Virus genome (UHGV): UHGV-0370399 | DNA: 64,000 nucleotides | Direction: 5' to 3' (one strand) | Origin: a virus | Part shown: one piece after another, positions 26,216-36,365 of the stretch | Layout: every line of letters begins with the position of its first letter | How positions within the stretch are numbered: position 1 is the first letter of the stretch | Translations under genes and position numbers: made by a program | Notes under the pieces: generated by a model | What the model saw: the letters and a program-made list of their open reading frames with translations, nothing else | Databases searched by the model: none | Told to the model about the DNA's origin: nothing

Positions 26216-26740
26216 TCAACTTAGTTTTGCAAACTCTCCGTGGAGTTTAATAGCAGCTTCACAGTAAGCTTTATGGGCTTCTTCTGGTGTGTCAAACATA
26301 CCAAGATGATAGTTTTTACCTTGTAAACGTATCATTGCTCGAAACCTTTTACTTATCTTCTGTACACCTTTTGGCAACCCAGATGGGGACTTTCTTGACC
26401 GATTGCAAGAGTTTTGTGAAGCTGTACAAACCCTTAAATTCAAGTACCTATTGTCCCAACCGTCCCCATTCTTATGGTCAACCTGTAAGTTTTTATCAGG
26501 CAGGTATCCATCCACATATAGTATTGCTAGACGGTTAGCTTGGTAGCCTTTACCATCAAGCAATAACTGAACAGACTTGTGACCATCTGTGTTTATCCTA
26601 TAATTTCCTGCCTTTTTACCTCCAAAACGAGAGTTGAAGTTCTTATTGCCTCGTGATACCGGCTCTCTAAACTTCCAAGTAAAGACCCCTGTTTCGGGGT
26701 CGTAGTCCAATAGCTCCTTAAGACGAATTTCTGTAATCAT
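26216..26740 (-). CDS. HNH homing endonuclease with AP2-type DNA-binding domain
   Basis: YDPETGVFTW, HKNGDGWDNRYLNLRVCTASQN (HNH) and GKNYHLGMFDTPEEA (AP2-like); paralogue of 36343-36843; sits immediately 3' of the DNA polymerase gene. Confidence 0.8.
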   Translation of the reverse strand: MITEIRLKELLDYDPETGVFTWKFREPVSRGNKNFNSRFGGKKAGNYRINTDGHKSVQLLLDGKGYQANRLAILYVDGYLPDKNLQVDHKNGDGWDNRYLNLRVCTASQNSCNRSRKSPSGLPKGVQKISKRFRAMIRLQGKNYHLGMFDTPEEAHKAYCEAAIKLHGEFAKLS

Positions 26741-26750
26741 TTCAACACCA

Positions 26751-29450
26751 TCAATGTACTTCCAACCAGCTCTTACCAACCTTACCTGTGCCAGTTACAA
26801 GCGTCTCACTCTTCAAACCTAAATTCTTAGATGCCTGACCATACATCCAGTCAGTTATGGCTTTCACTTCTTGAGTCATACTTTCTGGACATTCCCAACT
26901 GTTTTCATCGTGGTATGCCAGCAAAAGCCTAGCACCAATTGCTGGTTTTCGTCCATTTAATTTTGTCAACCCTTCTTCACATGCTCTTCTACAAGCAAGG
27001 TTAATTGCCTCATTTTGAATCTGAGCCTCCGAACCCATGAGCAAATAATTCAATAACTTATGTGGAGATTTACACCACAACCAAGCTCCAGCAACCTTTA
27101 CAAAACCCCCTTTAGAGATTGCAGCAGTCTTACCAAACACCTCTTCAAGTGCCTTTTTAGTTGCTTTGTAGTCAGCTTCCAAGTCATCTAACAGCTTCTT
27201 AATTTTAGGCAAACGGATAAAGTAAGTCTGTTTAGTCAGCGCACCTTCCTGAGTAGTTGCAGCCTTAATCGTCTTAGCAAACTTCTCATCACCTGCACCG
27301 AACAGCAGTGCATAGATACCATTCTTAGCTTTCTTACGGCCTTTGCTAATCTCATGAAGAAGATTCTCATCCTGAGTAGCTCGACAAGTCAAGATATCCT
27401 GCTCATCATTCAAGCTAAAGTAAATACTGTTCAATGTATGTGCATCAGTCCCTGAATAGACAACGTACAGGTCATTCTCAGAGTCATAGCGAAGGTACTT
27501 ATCAATCTCTGGGTTGAGGTACTCATCAAAATGTTTGCAGTAATAGCGTCCATCTTCTTGACGAATGAACTCAATTTCTTCTTTACCTTGCGTTACCGCT
27601 TTGGTGAAGTCTTTATCACCCATAAAGTTACAAAGAAGAACTAGCTGGGCTGAGTTCATATCTACAGAGACAACGTTAGTACCTTCCTCACAAATCCATA
27701 CTGCCCTCATTGGTTCTCCATAGACAGCAGCACCAGACGGTACGTTTACAATACCATACTGTGTCATACGTCCAGTTGAAGTACCAAACACCATTGCACC
27801 AGCACTAAGGCGACCATCAGGACGAATCTGGTTAAGCCAACCTTTTTCATCATCCTTTGAGTTCTCAATAGTTCTGCGTCGGTGCATCAAAGTATAGTAC
27901 TTAGCAATCTTCTGTCCAAGCTCACCTTCAATCGTATCATAAGATGATTCAGTAAGTTTTGGTGAAGTACGGATTAAGCAAGGTTCAAGCAAATCTGTGT
28001 ATTTCTTCACAGACCAGTTATGCTCGATGTACTGTACACCTTCATGTTCAACATAACTCAAACCACACCGCTCAACCATTTCCTGCCACTTAGGATGCTT
28101 TGTAATCATCTTTTTATTGTCTTTGAAACGACAAACTTTGACAGGGCGACCATCTGAGTCTTTCTTGTAATTCCAGTCATCTGGAACCCAACCAACTGAT
28201 TTCAAGTAGTCTTTAACAACTGCTACCTGAGTCATACGAGAAACTTCAAACTCAATTGGTGTATATGGCGCATCAATCAAACCTGTGTAGCGACTTGACT
28301 CAAGTTCAAAGTGGTTAACAACGTGGCTGTTATAGTACTTCACAGTTTTGACTGTTTTTACTGGTTTCCAGTCTTTGCATTTCTTACCAATCTTTGCGTT
28401 CAACTCATTGCAAATTGCACGAGCATCCTTCATTGCTACAAAACCCTCCTTGTACTCTTCACCAGTTACAGAGTTGGTTGGTGTATAGCAATTTCTCTTT
28501 TCAATGTTAAAAATCTTTGTAGTTGGCTTACCAAATGGTTTGATTTCATAAGTCTGCATCTCACCATTACGCACCTGCTGACGATACTTCGTCTTAGGGT
28601 ACTTGGTAATTCTTTTCAGTCCATCTGCATGACCAAATGCTTCAACATACTCATTCCAAGCTTTTGCAAACTCTTCTCCAGTGACTTTACCTTTGGTCTT
28701 AATAGTTGGAGGTAGATGCGGTTCAACTTCTGAAGCAAGCTCATTAGTCAACTTGTCAAGTTCCTTTACATGGAACTCCATAAGCTCTTTATCAGCTTTC
28801 CAGCCATTGATAGCTTGTTGACTCATCCAGAAAGATGTTTCTTTAGCTCGCATGTAGGTTTCATAAGTGTCTATGCCACACTTCTTAAGCTTGAGATATT
28901 CATTATCAAGTGCCCGTTTAGTTTTGGCGTTAATACGGATATCTTCTACAACACGAGTGAAGATTTCTGCATTCCACACACCCCAATGTTCAATCTCTGG
29001 TTTACGAACACCAACACGAGCACCCCATGCAGCCAAACCATGAGCACCTTTATAGCCCTTTGGAGTTGGTCTATCCATCCACTGAACACGAGACTGGATA
29101 AGAGAATCCTGAAAGAAATTACTCCACGGTTTACACTTTGGATTATCAAAGTTCCATAAATCAGGTGCAATGTGATTGAAAACCCACCAGTCATAACCGA
29201 GACCATTATGGATGCAAAGACGTTTTGCCTTTAACGCAAACTCAATGCCTTCACGTAAGCCACCCTTAATGTACTTGGTATACTTGTGACCGAGGATAGG
29301 CTCATCTGTAAAGACCCATACAGGCGGCTCTTCATCGTCAGATTTATAGTCTGCGAAAGCCATTACGTGCACTTTAGTGAACTCAAGGAGTAAACCATCA
29401 GTTTCTGTATCACCAACTAAATGTAAGTTTTTAAAATCTACGTTTTCCAT
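26751..29450 (-). CDS. family A DNA polymerase with 3'-5' exonuclease domain
   Basis: Exo motif VGDTETDGL near the N-terminus; polymerase motifs DMNSAQL, K..YG and YHDE; start placed at the ATG with SD gagggag (ORF-track start is 10 codons upstream). Confidence 0.9.
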   Translation of the reverse strand: MENVDFKNLHLVGDTETDGLLLEFTKVHVMAFADYKSDDEEPPVWVFTDEPILGHKYTKYIKGGLREGIEFALKAKRLCIHNGLGYDWWVFNHIAPDLWNFDNPKCKPWSNFFQDSLIQSRVQWMDRPTPKGYKGAHGLAAWGARVGVRKPEIEHWGVWNAEIFTRVVEDIRINAKTKRALDNEYLKLKKCGIDTYETYMRAKETSFWMSQQAINGWKADKELMEFHVKELDKLTNELASEVEPHLPPTIKTKGKVTGEEFAKAWNEYVEAFGHADGLKRITKYPKTKYRQQVRNGEMQTYEIKPFGKPTTKIFNIEKRNCYTPTNSVTGEEYKEGFVAMKDARAICNELNAKIGKKCKDWKPVKTVKTVKYYNSHVVNHFELESSRYTGLIDAPYTPIEFEVSRMTQVAVVKDYLKSVGWVPDDWNYKKDSDGRPVKVCRFKDNKKMITKHPKWQEMVERCGLSYVEHEGVQYIEHNWSVKKYTDLLEPCLIRTSPKLTESSYDTIEGELGQKIAKYYTLMHRRRTIENSKDDEKGWLNQIRPDGRLSAGAMVFGTSTGRMTQYGIVNVPSGAAVYGEPMRAVWICEEGTNVVSVDMNSAQLVLLCNFMGDKDFTKAVTQGKEEIEFIRQEDGRYYCKHFDEYLNPEIDKYLRYDSENDLYVVYSGTDAHTLNSIYFSLNDEQDILTCRATQDENLLHEISKGRKKAKNGIYALLFGAGDEKFAKTIKAATTQEGALTKQTYFIRLPKIKKLLDDLEADYKATKKALEEVFGKTAAISKGGFVKVAGAWLWCKSPHKLLNYLLMGSEAQIQNEAINLACRRACEEGLTKLNGRKPAIGARLLLAYHDENSWECPESMTQEVKAITDWMYGQASKNLGLKSETLVTGTGKVGKSWLEVH

Positions 29451-29511
29451 TTTTACTCCCTCTAAAATCATTAACCTCATACATTACTGCAAAAAATTAT
29501 AAAAAGCAAGT

Positions 29512-29540
29512 TGACAATGCACTTGACAAGGTGTTAATCT
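29512..29540 (+). promoter_or_regulatory. sigma70-like promoter in the divergent control region
   Basis: TTGACA, 17 bp spacer, TAATCT; a second TTGACA lies 12 bp downstream. Confidence 0.4.
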
Positions 29541-29645
29541 TTGCGAAGTGGGTTTTTACTTAAAAGGTTACTTAACAGTTTAACTATACAGATACTTTAA
29601 AACTCTTAAAAGATTATTTAATAGCTTTTAAAAAGCTTTAAAGTA

Positions 29646-29664
29646 TAACGTATAGAATACGTTA
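29646..29664. promoter_or_regulatory. perfect 8-3-8 palindrome, operator-like
   Basis: TAACGTAT aga ATACGTTA centred on a TAGAAT -10-like hexamer, 45 bp upstream of the ATG at 29708. Confidence 0.5.
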
Positions 29665-29707
29665 AGATAAAAGATTAAAACTTAATAGTTACTTAAAAGA
29701 GGCTTAC

Positions 29708-30130
29708 ATGCAGAAAATGTTTGTTCACCCAGACATAGCTGACTTTGTTAGAGCTTTGCAGAAGTTGGAAGAACTTGACATTGCTGCTCAACGGGAATAT
29801 GCTCACCATCACAGGAGAATGGTTGATATACAACATGAAATAGAGTTGTCTGAAAACTATGAAGATGACTTAAAATGCTCTGTATTTGAGCATATGAAAG
29901 ATGTTGCTACAGCTAGACGTAAAGCTAAAGACACAGTTGCTTTACTAGATTCTCTTAAAAAGAGGTTGCAAAGTGGTACAGACTTGTGTAATCTAGCGTC
30001 ACTGATTAACGATGTTGAAACTTCTTGGGATAGGCACTATTATCCACGTTCTGAAAAGACACTTGACTTTTCTTCATCAGAAAACTTAAAATGTTCTAGA
30101 AAGAAACTTAACCAACTGAGAGAGAAATAA
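29708..30130 (+). CDS. hypothetical early protein
   Basis: 140 aa ATG-initiated ORF, first gene of the rightward block. Confidence 0.4.
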   Translation: MQKMFVHPDIADFVRALQKLEELDIAAQREYAHHHRRMVDIQHEIELSENYEDDLKCSVFEHMKDVATARRKAKDTVALLDSLKKRLQSGTDLCNLASLINDVETSWDRHYYPRSEKTLDFSSSENLKCSRKKLNQLREK

Positions 30131-30131
30131 T

Positions 30132-30932
30132 ATGAATATCAATGTAGAAAAGATGCTTGAAGAAAAAGGTATTAACGAAGCATTTTTAATCAATGCCGTA
30201 GAAAGCATGGCTATGATTCTTCGTGGGAACAACTACACAGAACAGTTTATGCCTGCAAGCTACAACTTGCCTGAAGACAAGTCTGATAACGGTGCTTTTG
30301 CAGAACAGGTCAACATGATGCTTTGTGACAAAAAACTTGCTTTAGCATCTATTGTTGTAGGTGTCGATGCTCTTGCAGAGTTCATTTTTTATGAGATGCA
30401 GAAAAATGACTATATTGCCATGACCTCTGAAGAAAAAGACTCACTACTGCTCTTAGATAATAATGAGCTAATTGACCTGTTAATTTCGTCAACGAGTGCT
30501 GTTATGGCTGCGCTTGAGAAGCGCATGGAAGAGAAACTTTCACGATATGAAAAACTTGATTGGGGCGTAGAAGAATTAAACCCACGAATCAAAGAGATTA
30601 TACAGCAAACTAAAGAGTCTTTGGAAGAAGCTGTTGAAAATGACTCTGTAGCTGATATAGAACCACTTCAGGTGAAAGTTACACTGATGATTCCAGCTAT
30701 CTCCACGATGATGAAAATCGTTGCACTAATCCAACTTTCACAGATGATGGGTGTGAGTATTGAGTTAATTGAGGAGATGACTGGTGGCGTTAGTATGCAA
30801 GCAATCAATGATGTTTTGGTGAACATTGGTGCTTCAATCATTGAAGAGAAACTACGCATTAACTTCGGTGATGATTTTGTGAAGCAAATCTCAGCTATGG
30901 CTGAAAAAGAGTCTGCTGAGCAACTGCACTAA
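30132..30932 (+). CDS. hypothetical acidic protein
   Basis: 266 aa, coupled to the upstream ORF, followed by a terminator. Confidence 0.4.
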   Translation: MNINVEKMLEEKGINEAFLINAVESMAMILRGNNYTEQFMPASYNLPEDKSDNGAFAEQVNMMLCDKKLALASIVVGVDALAEFIFYEMQKNDYIAMTSEEKDSLLLLDNNELIDLLISSTSAVMAALEKRMEEKLSRYEKLDWGVEELNPRIKEIIQQTKESLEEAVENDSVADIEPLQVKVTLMIPAISTMMKIVALIQLSQMMGVSIELIEEMTGGVSMQAINDVLVNIGASIIEEKLRINFGDDFVKQISAMAEKESAEQLH

Positions 30933-30950
30933 GTCTTTATAAATCTTACA

Positions 30951-30974
30951 AGCCTCCTTAGTTGGGGGCTTTTT
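30951..30974 (+). terminator. intrinsic terminator
   Basis: AGCCTCC ttagtt GGGGGCT (one G-U) followed by TTTT. Confidence 0.6.
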
Positions 30975-30993
30975 AGTAATTAAGGGAGATAAA

Positions 30994-31737
30994 ATGAGTA
31001 ATATTATCGCATTTACTGGAAAGGCACGTTCTGGAAAAGACACCTCATGTTCTATTGTGAAGAACATCTTAGAGGATGAGTATGGCTACAATGTTGCTGT
31101 AATGGCCTTTGCAGACAACCTTAAACTATCTGCATCAAAGATATTTGACTTGACTTGGAATGACCTGTACGGTGAAACTAAAGAGACTCCACAGGTTTTT
31201 GACTTATCATACTCTGAACTGATGTTTAAAGTTACGGAAGCTATGGAGTTCACCTTCAGAGATGAACGTTACCATATGGACTTCAAGCTTATGTCAGAGT
31301 TAACCGGACGATTAATCATGGAGCTTAAGAAGGTTGCTAAACCGACTCTATTGACACGTCTGGGGTTTAGTAAAAAGTATAAATTCTCATCAAGACAAAT
31401 TCAACAGATTTGGGGTACTGAAGTTGTCCGTAAAGTAATGGGCGACAAGTTCTGGTCTAAAGACCTTGAAAAAAGAATGGTTAGATTCCATGAAATGTGC
31501 TCACTTAGAAATCAATATGGTTTTGTCTTAATCAGTGATTTAAGATTTGACTCTGAAGCTGAATGGCTGAGTAGATTTGCACACCAAACTATTGAAGTAA
31601 AAAGAGACAATGTGGACAAAGTTTCATCACATGTTTCAGAAAATGGGATTTCTACAAAATATGAGCGTGACATTATTCATAATAATGGTACTCTTGCAGA
31701 CCTTGAGAACAAGCTAAGAGCCATCATTAAAGTTTAA
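30994..31737 (+). CDS. deoxynucleoside monophosphate kinase-like P-loop kinase
   Basis: N-terminal FTGKARSGKDT P-loop and overall layout recalled as similar to T4 gene 1 dNMP kinase; SD aagggag. Confidence 0.6.
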   Translation: MSNIIAFTGKARSGKDTSCSIVKNILEDEYGYNVAVMAFADNLKLSASKIFDLTWNDLYGETKETPQVFDLSYSELMFKVTEAMEFTFRDERYHMDFKLMSELTGRLIMELKKVAKPTLLTRLGFSKKYKFSSRQIQQIWGTEVVRKVMGDKFWSKDLEKRMVRFHEMCSLRNQYGFVLISDLRFDSEAEWLSRFAHQTIEVKRDNVDKVSSHVSENGISTKYERDIIHNNGTLADLENKLRAIIKV

Positions 31738-31745
31738 AAGAGAGA

Positions 31746-31946
31746 ATGAAGATGAGAGTAAAAGACAATTTTAAAGTTATTGACCACCGTTTAGTGGAAC
31801 TCTCATCTCTTTCCAATGAGGTAATGATTGAACGTCTTAAGAGAGTTGAATCACGAAGGAAAGAGATTGCAGATGAAATTCATGAACTGGACAAGATTGA
31901 AAATGGATTGAAGGCAGAACTACAACGAAGAGGTGCTAATGTCTAA
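31746..31946 (+). CDS. hypothetical small coiled-coil protein
   Basis: 66 aa ORF overlapping the primase-helicase start. Confidence 0.3.
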   Translation: MKMRVKDNFKVIDHRLVELSSLSNEVMIERLKRVESRRKEIADEIHELDKIENGLKAELQRRGANV

Positions 31947-33924
31947 AGGTCGTAAATTGAAAGAGGCTGGTCAGTTTGTTGGTCATTGCGCATGTCCACG
32001 TTGTGGTTCATCAGATGCTGGTTCAATCTATCATCATGACGATGATTCTTATTCAATGACTTGCTTTAGTTGTAACAAAGGTTTCCCAGAGTGGGATTTT
32101 GATAAAGGACAAATCGTGAGCACTTATTCTACTGGTTCAGACAATAAAAACCGTACTTTCCGTGGAATGGATTTAGACGATGTGAAAGAAAACCTTGAAG
32201 CAATGGACTTAAAGGATAGGAAGATTCCTGCAAAAGTCCTTGAACGCTTAGGTATCAAGGTTGACATTGACAGTGACGGTGAAATTGATGCGCACTTCTA
32301 TCCAACTTACAAACGTAATGAAGATGGTAAGCTAGAACATGTTGGCTACCGTGTTCGTCACCGTTACCCAGAAGACCATCCAAAAGAGCACCTACGTGGT
32401 AAGTTAAAAGACTTTTCTGGTGGTGTTGGAGACATTAAAGGTGAACTAGCAATGTTCGGTTCATGGATTGCTCCAGAAGGTGGTAACCGTCTATTCATCT
32501 GGGAAGGTGAGATGGAATGTGCGACAGCAATCTATATGACTTCTCTTGCGATTAAGGACAAGTCTCGTCGTAAGAATTACTGTCACGTATCTGTTCCATC
32601 AGGTGCAAACATTAAGTCTATCAAAGACAACTATCAGTACATCACATCATTTGATGAGATTTACTTGTGCTTTGATAACGATGAAGCAGGTGCTAAAGCT
32701 ACCAAAGAGGCTGCTGGTATCCTACCTATTGAGAAGGTTCGCTTATTCCAGTATCCAGAAGGTGTAAAAGACCTTAACGAGTGGTGGACAAAGTTCTATA
32801 AAGAGAAAGATACAGTTCTGGAAGGATTTAAGCAGCGTATCTACAATGCACCTCGTTACTGTCCTGCTGGTATCAAGAACTTTGCAGACGGTTTTGAGGC
32901 AATGAAGAATCGTGGTCAGATTCCATTGATTCCTTTCCCAGAATCTTTCGGGGATTTGAACAGGCTGACTTATGGTGGTTACGGTTTAGGTGAGATTACA
33001 ACTCTGGCAGCACCATCTTCAGTGGGTAAATCTGCATACACTCGTGAAATGATTTATACTGCTTGGAAGGAAACCGATTACAATATTGGTGTAATTCCAG
33101 TTGAAGATACCTATGAAGAGTTGATGGAGATGCTCTGTGCAATTCACCTGAGCAAGCAGATTTCTGAGATTCCTTATGACGAACGTGATTGGGATGAATT
33201 GAAGGAAGCACACGCAGAACTATCTAAAGGTCGTCGTATCCACATCGTAGACCATCAAGGGGCAATTGACCAAGATAACTTGCTGGAGTTTGTTGACTAT
33301 CTTGTTAATAGTTTAGACTGTAAGATTATTATTCTTGACCCTATTACATTGGCCCTGTCACGTTCAGATACGGATGAAGAGGAAGTTTTATCTGAGCTAT
33401 TGCGTCGTTGCAAACGCTACCAGTACGCACAGGTGAACGTCTGTCACGTTCGTAAGAGTGCAGGTGGTCAGAAGGCTAACTCCGAAGGTGGAGATATCTC
33501 TGAAGAGGATATTAAAGGTTCTGGTGCGTATTTCCAGATTTCTATGAACAACATTCTGTTAATGCGTAACAAGGTTGACCCAGACCCTGTTAAGAAAAAC
33601 TTGACAAAAATCAAGTTAACTAAGTGTCGTCGTCATGGTAAGTCAACAGGTATTGCTGGTCATACTTGGTACAATCCAGATACAGGACGTCTTATCAAAG
33701 CTTCTGGATGTGGTGTTGATATTGATGGTGCAGCAGAAAATATTCGCCAGCAGTTTGGTATTGGTGAAGCTGAAGACCATTACGATGACTCTTTGCCACA
33801 TTATGAGGACGAAGTGTTTGACCGTGAGACTGGTGAAGTCTATACTGAAGAGCAGCGTCAAAGCTCAACGATTCCACCTGTATTAAGTGAGGATGCAGAT
33901 GACTGCCCGTTCGAAACTGAGTGA
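31939..33924 (+). CDS. DNA primase-helicase (zinc-finger primase plus DnaB-like helicase)
   Basis: N-terminal CACPRCG...CFSCN zinc ribbon; Walker A AAPSSVGKSAYT and Walker B IIILDP; start moved from GTG to the ATG at 31939. Confidence 0.9.
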   Translation: MSKGRKLKEAGQFVGHCACPRCGSSDAGSIYHHDDDSYSMTCFSCNKGFPEWDFDKGQIVSTYSTGSDNKNRTFRGMDLDDVKENLEAMDLKDRKIPAKVLERLGIKVDIDSDGEIDAHFYPTYKRNEDGKLEHVGYRVRHRYPEDHPKEHLRGKLKDFSGGVGDIKGELAMFGSWIAPEGGNRLFIWEGEMECATAIYMTSLAIKDKSRRKNYCHVSVPSGANIKSIKDNYQYITSFDEIYLCFDNDEAGAKATKEAAGILPIEKVRLFQYPEGVKDLNEWWTKFYKEKDTVLEGFKQRIYNAPRYCPAGIKNFADGFEAMKNRGQIPLIPFPESFGDLNRLTYGGYGLGEITTLAAPSSVGKSAYTREMIYTAWKETDYNIGVIPVEDTYEELMEMLCAIHLSKQISEIPYDERDWDELKEAHAELSKGRRIHIVDHQGAIDQDNLLEFVDYLVNSLDCKIIILDPITLALSRSDTDEEEVLSELLRRCKRYQYAQVNVCHVRKSAGGQKANSEGGDISEEDIKGSGAYFQISMNNILLMRNKVDPDPVKKNLTKIKLTKCRRHGKSTGIAGHTWYNPDTGRLIKASGCGVDIDGAAENIRQQFGIGEAEDHYDDSLPHYEDEVFDRETGEVYTEEQRQSSTIPPVLSEDADDCPFETE

Positions 33925-33994
33925 TAGCTATAAAAGAGAGGGGTTCACACCCTTCTTTGAAGAAAAAAGTTTAAATAAATTTCATGAAGAGTGT

Positions 33995-34023
33995 TTGACA
34001 AAGATTGATAGGTTCTATAGAAT
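33995..34023 (+). promoter_or_regulatory. near-consensus sigma70 promoter
   Basis: gtgTTTGACAaag, 17 bp spacer, TAGAAT. Confidence 0.55.
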
Positions 34024-34333
34024 GCTCCACATGAAATGCGATGGAGAAGTTGAAATAGAACAACAGTTCCATCAAAGTATGATTACAGTCATCATTACAC
34101 TGCCTCAGCATAATATTGGTTGGCTGTTTATAATGAAAGAAAATGTGTTTGAATATCAAGTATATCGGAGAATATCATGAAACACTCTAAAGCATTTGAA
34201 AAAGTTTTTGGGGATTCCTTAAAAGCCACTGCTGGAAAACCAGCAAAATACTATGAAGAAAAACGTGTAAGAACTGGAAAAACTGCACGTAAAGCAGCTT
34301 CTAAAGATAAGCACAACTTCCAGTAATTAGTAT

Positions 34334-34362
34334 TTGACAATAGAGTATCAACAAATTAGAAT
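34334..34362 (+). promoter_or_regulatory. near-consensus sigma70 promoter upstream of the SSB-like gene
   Basis: TTGACA, 17 bp spacer, TAGAAT, 36 bp before the ATG at 34399. Confidence 0.6.
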
Positions 34363-34398
34363 TGGTACTCTTCATAAATTGAGATAGAGGTTTAAATA

Positions 34399-35256
34399 AT
34401 GTCTAAAGTTGTTAAAATGAAAGCTCCGGTAGAGAAGTACAACGGTACTGAACGTCAAACTCTGCGTTACCTGCTGAAAGATGTCTGGTTTTATTACCTG
34501 AACACTTCACCACGTCCGGGTAAAGGTAAATCTATTGACAAGAAATTCCCAGGAAAAGATTGTAACTACAGCGTATCAATTCTGGCAGAAGACGGTAACA
34601 AACTCTTTAAAGAGTTTACTAAGTCTAAGAAGAACCCAGAAGGTTGGGATAAAGTTACTACTGAAGCAGTTGATGCAGATGACTTCGAAGAGAAGTTTGG
34701 TTGCAAACCACCTTTTGAAGCAGACACTTACTACATCTTGAAAGTAAGTCGTGCAGCAGCTTATAAAGATGGTGCTGTATGGACAGCTAAACAGTCATTC
34801 CCTGTTATGCTTATTGAAGAAGTAAATGGTAAGCGTGTAGCTGTTAAACAGCCGATGAAGAAAATTAAAGCTCAAGCATCTGATAAACACGAAGATGACA
34901 AGAACTATGATGTAATTCATCCAGATATTGCAGTTGGTAACGGTTCTTTTGGTAGTGTGATTCTTTCTACTCACTTCTACACTTTTGAGAACAATGTTCT
35001 GACAAAACCTATTCAGGAACAGTTTATCATTGATACTCTTGTACCTTACACTGGTGGTAACGGTGCTAATGGTGAACCTGAACTGGATGAAGATGAACTG
35101 GCTATGCTTGGTCTTGATGGTGTTGAAGATAACGGTGAAATCACTGAAGAAGACGCAACAGACCATAAATCTTCGAATGATTCTGATGATGGTGATGATG
35201 AAGACTTGCCAGACCCAGATGACGAAGAAGATGAAGACTTCGATACAGAAGACTAA
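34399..35256 (+). CDS. putative single-stranded DNA-binding protein
   Basis: 285 aa with very acidic C-terminal tail (DEDLPDPDDEEDEDFDTED), as in phage SSBs; located between the helicase and flap endonuclease genes. Confidence 0.5.
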   Translation: MSKVVKMKAPVEKYNGTERQTLRYLLKDVWFYYLNTSPRPGKGKSIDKKFPGKDCNYSVSILAEDGNKLFKEFTKSKKNPEGWDKVTTEAVDADDFEEKFGCKPPFEADTYYILKVSRAAAYKDGAVWTAKQSFPVMLIEEVNGKRVAVKQPMKKIKAQASDKHEDDKNYDVIHPDIAVGNGSFGSVILSTHFYTFENNVLTKPIQEQFIIDTLVPYTGGNGANGEPELDEDELAMLGLDGVEDNGEITEEDATDHKSSNDSDDGDDEDLPDPDDEEDEDFDTED

Positions 35257-35276
35257 TCTCTAAAAGTTACTTTAAA

Positions 35277-35304
35277 GCCCTGTACTTAGTATGGGGCTTT
35301 TTCA
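35277..35304 (+). terminator. putative intrinsic terminator
   Basis: AAGCCC ... GGGCTT stem with 13 nt loop followed by TTTT. Confidence 0.5.
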
Positions 35305-35318
35305 TATGGAGAGCCATA

Positions 35319-36365
35319 ATGGAGAAGTACACATTAACAAAACTTCCCGATTCAGTTACACATGTTTTTATTGACTCTGACAGTATTGCCTATAAAGGCG
35401 CTTGTGTAGTTGAGAAAGCAAAATATAAATATGTCAATAAACTCACAGCAGAAGAATCTGAATCATTTGATAATGCAAAAGATGCTGCAAGATGGTTAGC
35501 AGACCAGAGAATCCTTGTGGAAGAGCTTGGCCTGACATTTGATGAAGATGAATGGGAAAGACAGACTTGGAAAGAAGCTAAGAGTGAAAAAGAAGCTATC
35601 ATGGCTACTCAACAGGTGCTTCAGGAATGGCTTAAGATTGTTGGTAAAGAGAGAACTTGGGTAGGTTATTTAACAGAGAAAGGTGTGCATAAACATAAAG
35701 ACATTAAAGGTCTTGAGCACCAATATCAAGGTAACCGCAAAGATGCTGTCACACCAACACACTTAGTTGCTTGTCGTGAGTATCTTCTGTCAAGACCAGA
35801 GTTTAAATTGATTCTTGATGGATTTGAAGCTGACTCTATCGTTATCGCTAAAGCTGAAAAGATGGGAAAAAAGGCTGCCTTAATGAGTATTGATAAAGAC
35901 CTTCGCCAAGCTGAAGGTACTTACTGCATTGATATGACCTATGAAAAATCACCTTTAATTTTCATTGCTGATAACAACGTTGGTGAAATTTGGGATTGTC
36001 CAATAAAATCGACACCAAAAGCTAAGAAGACAGTTGGTGTAGGTTTTAAATTTCTTTGTTATCAAGCTGTGGCTGGTGATAATGCGGATAATTACTTTGG
36101 TTTAAAGGGTGTTGGCAAAGCTGCTGTGATGAAGGCTCTTGAAGGGAAAACAACTTACAAAGAGTGTCTTGATGCAATTTACGAGCTATATGCTAAGAAA
36201 GACTCCTACACTTATGTATCATGGGATGGTCAAACAATTACCAGAACACCTTTAGAATTAATGCAGCAACACTTTTTCTTAGCTTATCAGGAAAGAAATA
36301 AAAAAGACGATTTTACTTTTGATAAGTATGGGTGGACACCAAATGTTAACTCAACAAACTCTTAA
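35319..36365 (+). CDS. 5'-3' exonuclease / flap endonuclease
   Basis: N-terminal VFIDSDSIAY PIN-like motif and GDNADNYFGLKGVGKAA helix-3-turn-helix motif typical of the FEN / Pol I 5' exonuclease family. Confidence 0.85.
   Translation: MEKYTLTKLPDSVTHVFIDSDSIAYKGACVVEKAKYKYVNKLTAEESESFDNAKDAARWLADQRILVEELGLTFDEDEWERQTWKEAKSEKEAIMATQQVLQEWLKIVGKERTWVGYLTEKGVHKHKDIKGLEHQYQGNRKDAVTPTHLVACREYLLSRPEFKLILDGFEADSIVIAKAEKMGKKAALMSIDKDLRQAEGTYCIDMTYEKSPLIFIADNNVGEIWDCPIKSTPKAKKTVGVGFKFLCYQAVAGDNADNYFGLKGVGKAAVMKALEGKTTYKECLDAIYELYAKKDSYTYVSWDGQTITRTPLELMQQHFFLAYQERNKKDDFTFDKYGWTPNVNSTNS

Noticed and set aside
33893-34180. 95 aa ORF overlapping the 3' end of the primase-helicase gene
   Set aside because: It contains a near-consensus promoter (33995-34023) inside its own coding sequence and has no clear ribosome-binding site; it may be a short leader peptide at most.
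34176-34256. Short ORF after the primase-helicase gene
   Set aside because: On careful codon counting the frame ends after 26 codons and has no Shine-Dalgarno sequence; the region is better explained as the promoter region (34334-34362) for the SSB-like gene.
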